Translations under genes and position numbers: made by a program
Shown here: positions 59,627 to 64,000 of the stretch, in pieces
Layout of the letters: the number at the start of each line of letters is the position of its first letter
Numbering within the stretch: position 1 is the first letter of the stretch
Origin: Eutreptiella sp. 'Long Island Sound 2002'
Lineage: Eukaryota > Protista > Euglenida
Length of the DNA stretch: 64,000 nt
Reading direction: 5' to 3'
Assembly (NCBI GenBank): GCA_964036045.1
Contig: OZ038379.1
Span: 18,352,001 to 18,416,000 of the forward strand
Notes under the pieces: model-generated
Databases searched by the model: none
The model's input: only the letters and a program-made list of their open reading frames with translations
Told to the model about the DNA's origin: nothing

Positions 59627-62600
59627 GTGTGTGTGTGTGTGTGTGTGCGTGCGTGCGTGTGTGTGTACGTGCGTGCGTGTGTGTGTACATGCGTGCGTCC
59701 ATGTTGCTGCTTGTGGTTTTGGTGGTTGTGATTCACGAAGTGTGTGTGTGTGTGTGTGTGTGTGTTTGCCTCCATGGCTTGCTACATGTTTTTTGTGTTC
59801 ACCTCATTGTTGGCCTGACACAAAGTCTCAACGTCCAGTGCCTGCGTGTCACTGTGTCAACTGCATGACGCACACAGGTGTTGGCATTCTCATGGTGTGT
59901 GTGAGAAGGGGGCACCCCTGACTCAGAGGCCAACAGCAGGCAATGGATCCGTCAGGAAGCAAGGACACGTTAAGTAGGTCACATAGTGCACGGGACTGAT
60001 TGAAGGCCCCCATGTCCAGTCAAGGGTGAACCAACAACTTGCCATGGTACCTGCTCGTGGGCACATTAGTCGGGCTGCCTACCTTTGTCGAAGCTCCGGG
60101 CGCAAGAAGCCCCAGAGCACCACGGGGTGGGTAAGTGGCTAGTATGTGGTACAGGGGCAACAGCCCTTACCTAACTTGGTTGCAAGGGGGACCTTTGCCA
60201 AAACCAGAGGATTTTCGGACAGGGGAACAGGCAAGGCCAGAGAAAATGGTCAAAGGCCATCAGATTCTGCCAGGGCCCTGGACTAAACTGTTGGGTCCCC
60301 CTAGGCTTCTGACTGTATTGTTTAAGGTACAGAGCAAGGGCTCATTATTGACTGGGTCCCTAGCTGGTCACCCACAGCGTAAAGTAAATCCAAGCCACAA
60401 CAAGCTAGCTCCTTTAGTGGTATGGGTGAGCTGGCTGCTGTGATCAAGATTAGGAACAAATGGGCCTTGCTATGATGGACACGCCGCAATAGGGTGGAAA
60501 GGGTACCATCTTAGATTGGGCTTGAGCAGCCTGCAGTAGTGGAGCTGCTACTGGAAGGAGCCAATCGGTGTGGGGTGCACATTGGCATTGGCCCTTAGAC
60601 CAGCCTTGTGTAGCGTGCACACGGCCCTTGGCCTTCAGTGGGGAGGACCAGCCTTGTGCACAAGGCCCTCAACGGATATTACCGGCCTTGTGTGGAGTGT
60701 GCAGGGCCCTCAGTGGGTGCAACAGGCCTTGTGCAGAACATACAGGGCCGGAGGCGTAAGGGGTGCAAAGTAGAGGCAATGGAGGCCCTCAAGTGCTGCA
60801 CGATATACCCCCCCTGCCCTTGGGTAGTGGGCCTTGGGCCAGATTTGAGCCACGAAAGCATCCAAAGGACCCTGAAGAAAACATCAAACAGGACCCCGAA
60901 GGGGCACCAGGGACCAGGGTTGGAGCCCAGGCCAGGATACCACCTTCTTTTCAGGCAACGGACCGGGTAAGAGATTGTGGGGAGAGAGGCATTTGATGCT
61001 AAGACGGGGAAGGCCCTCAGGGTCACGGCACTGGCACCTACTATTCCTGGTGTGGGCCGTCGGCACCATGGGGATGTCGAGTGGCCGCAAGGATTGGCCG
61101 CATCTCCTCCTCCTCCTTCTCCTCCTCCTCCTCTTCTCCCCCCTCTCTGTGTGTGTTTGTGTGTTTGCATCAGGCGTATTTGAACGCAGAAGGGGTCTCT
61201 TGACCGGTCAACATGACTAGGAATGATCTCATCGTTAGGACGCTTGAAAAGTAGAGCATTTTGTGCATTGGAACGGTATGCCCCTGGGCAAAAAACAAAC
61301 GTTCATCCGCCGAATGTGTAAATTAGTGGCTGCAGCCCCAAAGATGTACCCTGGGTCCGGAAGATCGCCCTGTCTGTTCCTGGTCATAGGAAAACTCGTG
61401 GAATATGGCGGCAAAATAGAAAAACAGGAGTACACCAGGAAACACCACGGATAACCAAAACATCACTTACCCCCTTCCCACATGTTGACCTGGTTCTCTC
61501 TGTTTTTCCTGCGCCTGTTTTCCCTGCGGAGTAGTAGCGTGCCATGGGAATCTTATACGAATCTTCCAGGCACTGCCATTCGGCCCTGCTCCTCAAAACA
61601 GTGCGCTTACCTCCTCCCTCCCTCTCTCCTTCTCCCTCCCTCCCTCACTCACTCCGTCCTTCCTTCCCTCCCTCCGTCCAGCTCCATCCCATCATTATCT
61701 TGTCTCTCAGCTTTCATGTTTCATACTCTTTGTGCGCCCTGTGTGCACCCACACGGCTCACATGCAGCACACAGAGGACACACCTACCCTCGCCCCCCAT
61801 GTCCACCCCCCCCCCCCCCCTTGTCCATCACCCCCATGGGGGGGAACCATCACTGGCTAGATCCCGAAACAAACGTGTCAGTGTCATATTGCGCATGACT
61901 GCGCAACTGTGAGACCTCTTTGTCAGAGCTCATGTGCACCTCCTTTGTTGTGACCTATTGCACTCCTCAGACCTCTGAAAATGTTCCTTCAAGAGGAACC
62001 GCAAGAGGAAGTTTTACACTGTCCCTGTTCAGAAGAAAGGACAGGCAGAAAACTGATGAATGGATGCAGTGCATTGAGGCTTTTGCTTATTTGCATTCTG
62101 TGCATGGCACCATCAGCATCTATGCATGTCAACGTGTATCCCAGAGCCTTGGGTGGCCTACACCAAGCAACTAACCGGCCATCAATTCTACATTGTATGC
62201 ACTGGGAAGTGGTTGGTCGGAAGTGGTGTCCATCCCCCCCCTGGGGGGTGGGGGTCACCTGGCGACAGCCCCCCCCCCCCCCCCCCCCGGGTGGGGGGGA
62301 AGCGTCGTCTGGGGGGGATGGACATGGTCATGGTGGGGGTGGGGCGATGGTATGCACGTGCTGGGCACAGAGGGCACACACAGGGCACACAGAAGGCACA
62401 CACAGTGTCCGTGTACTGTGTGCCGACAGTGTGCCCTCTGTATGTCCATGTGCCCTTGTGTCCTGTGGGTGTCTTGTGTGCCCTCTATGCGTCCTCTCTG
62501 TGCGCTGTGTGCCCTCTAGGTGTCCTGTGATGCTGTGTGTGTGCCCTGTGTGTGTGCTGCATTTGCCCAGTGTGTGCCATGCCCTCTGTGTGTTTTCTGT

Positions 62601-62772
62601 GCACCCTCTGCACGCCCTCTGTGTGTCATTTGTGTGTCCTCTGCATGTGGCACTGTATTTCTTGTGTGTGTCCTCCGTGTGCGGTCTGTGTGCCCCATTG
62701 CCATGTCCCCGGCATAAAGCTCTGCGCTGGCCATGTTGATTGGCGCTTAAGCGGATCTATTTCTCTGCACAG

Positions 62773-62955
62773 TGCTCTTGGGCCCCTATTTCGCACACAT
62801 GGGACGGGAGCACCCGTACATTGGATACATCTGTGGCTGCTTCTTCTACTGGCTGCTGATGAGCATGCTCAACGTGCAGAATTTGTTGGAGAACCCTTTC
62901 ATTAGCCATGGGAAGCGTGGGGCTGAGGATGACATCAACCTTGATAATTTACGAG
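62773..62955 (+). CDS. Bestrophin-like channel, exon D
   Basis: G|TG gives Val in phase 1. Reads VLLGPYFAH..LLMSMLNVQNLLENPF..EDDINLD, containing the bestrophin ENPF...DD.LD signature. Donor G|gtgcgc. Confidence 0.88.
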
Positions 62956-63127
62956 GTGCGCAGAGTCCCGTGTGTCTGCGTGAATGCAGGCGTGGGTGTG
63001 GGTGTGTGTCATCGCGGGCTCGGCACGACAGTCTGTTTTTTTTGGGGGGGGGGCAGGGGGGTACACACTCAGAACTTTGTTTTATGTTTAAGTTAGGAAC
63101 GTGTTGATTCCAACCGCGCCTCTGCAG

Positions 63128-63147
63128 CGCCGTGGACCGTGCGCTAG
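63128..63147 (+). CDS. Putative terminal exon of the bestrophin-like gene (APWTVR-stop)
   Basis: Acceptor cctctgcag at 63127 is phase-1 compatible and followed by TAG at 63145-63147. Other acceptors are possible. Confidence 0.45.
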
Positions 63148-63239
63148 CTGCTCCTCTATTGTGCCTTTGAAATACAAGCGCCACAACACACCGCCAGACA
63201 ACATGGCACAACCCACCGCACCGCAACGAAACGAAACGA

Positions 63240-63350
63240 AACACAACAGAACACAACAGAACACAACATAACACAACACAACACAACACAACACAGCACA
63301 GCACAGCACAGCACAGCACAGCACAGCACAGCACACCACAGCACAGCACA
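63240..63350 (+). repeat. (CACAA)n/(CACAG)n pentanucleotide microsatellite
   Basis: Read directly from the sequence. Confidence 0.95.
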
Positions 63351-63354
63351 TGCA

Positions 63355-63900
63355 GGAGTAGCACTGCCCACTGCCCCCCAGGCAGTGAGGCAGTGCATTG
63401 CAGGAGGTCCACTGCCCACTGCCCCCAGGCAGTGGGGCAGCGCGTTGCAGAAGGTCCACTGTCCACTGCCCCCAGGCAGTGAGGCAGTGTATTGCGGGAG
63501 TTCCACTGCCCACTGCCCCCAGGCAGTGCGGCAGTGTATTGCAGGAGTTCCACTGCCCACTGCCCCCAGGCAGTGGGGCAGTGTATTGCGGGAGTTGCAC
63601 TGTCCACTGCCCCCAGGCAGTGAGGCAGTGCATTGCAGGAGGTCCACTGCCCCCTGCCCCCGGGCCGTGGCGCAGTGTGTCGCAGGAGTTCCACTGACCA
63701 CTGCCCCAGGCACGGCGGCAGTGTATTGCAGGAGATGCCCGGCCCACTGCCCCAAGGCAGGGAGGCAGAGAATGGCAGGAGTACCACTCCCCACTGCCCA
63801 CAGGCAATGCAGCAGTGTGAAGCATAATTTCCACTGCCCACAGCCCCCAGGCGGCGTGGCAGTGCGATACACTGCCCACTGCCCTCTGCCCACAACAACC
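63355..63900. repeat. 47-bp hairpin minisatellite, about 11 units
   Basis: Unit CACTGCCCACTGCCCCCAGGCAGTGAGGCAGTGCATTGCAGGAGGTC has period 47 (63363, 63410) and an internal CACTGCC/GGCAGTG inverted repeat. Confidence 0.92.
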
Positions 63901-64000
63901 GTGCAGCAGAGCACACACAGTGCAGTGTAGTGCACAGCACCAAGCAGTGCGGCACCACACAAAAAGCACTGATGGTGCAGCGTGGCACGCAGGGCAGGGT

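Noticed and set aside
62846-63988. Long Cys/Gly-rich minus-strand ORFs (metallothionein- or keratin-like)
   Set aside because: They arise from the 47-bp minisatellite and pentanucleotide microsatellites.

Overview
Repeat-rich, intron-rich eukaryotic DNA, probably from a protist. TTAGGG-type motifs and long TE-filled GT-AG introns would fit a euglenid-like genome, but that assignment is inference. Three coding units are supported. (1) A 1167-bp tandem array of an intronless ExoV/GumL-like polysaccharide pyruvyl transferase at 1-2788, with one complete copy, one copy cut by the window edge and one 3'-truncated copy. (2) A chain of phase-compatible Ser/Pro-rich + strand exons from about 14.7 to 51 kb. 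(3) A bestrophin/UPF0187-like anion channel whose exons splice cleanly from 51972 to about 63147 and which may be the C-terminal domain of chain (2). Introns and intergenic DNA contain two Penelope-like RT remnants (one with a 290-codon open frame and an FRDN catalytic motif), LINE remnants, a hAT derivative with a 6-bp TSD and an in-window empty-site paralog, several MITEs, a foldback element with two inverted tRNA-like heads, a palindromic element carrying inverted telomere-like tracts, (CA)n-embedded short elements, and 84-, 48-, 47- and about 21-bp tandem arrays. No rRNA, intact tRNA or CRISPR array is supported. Family assignments come from motif recognition by eye; no database search was run.
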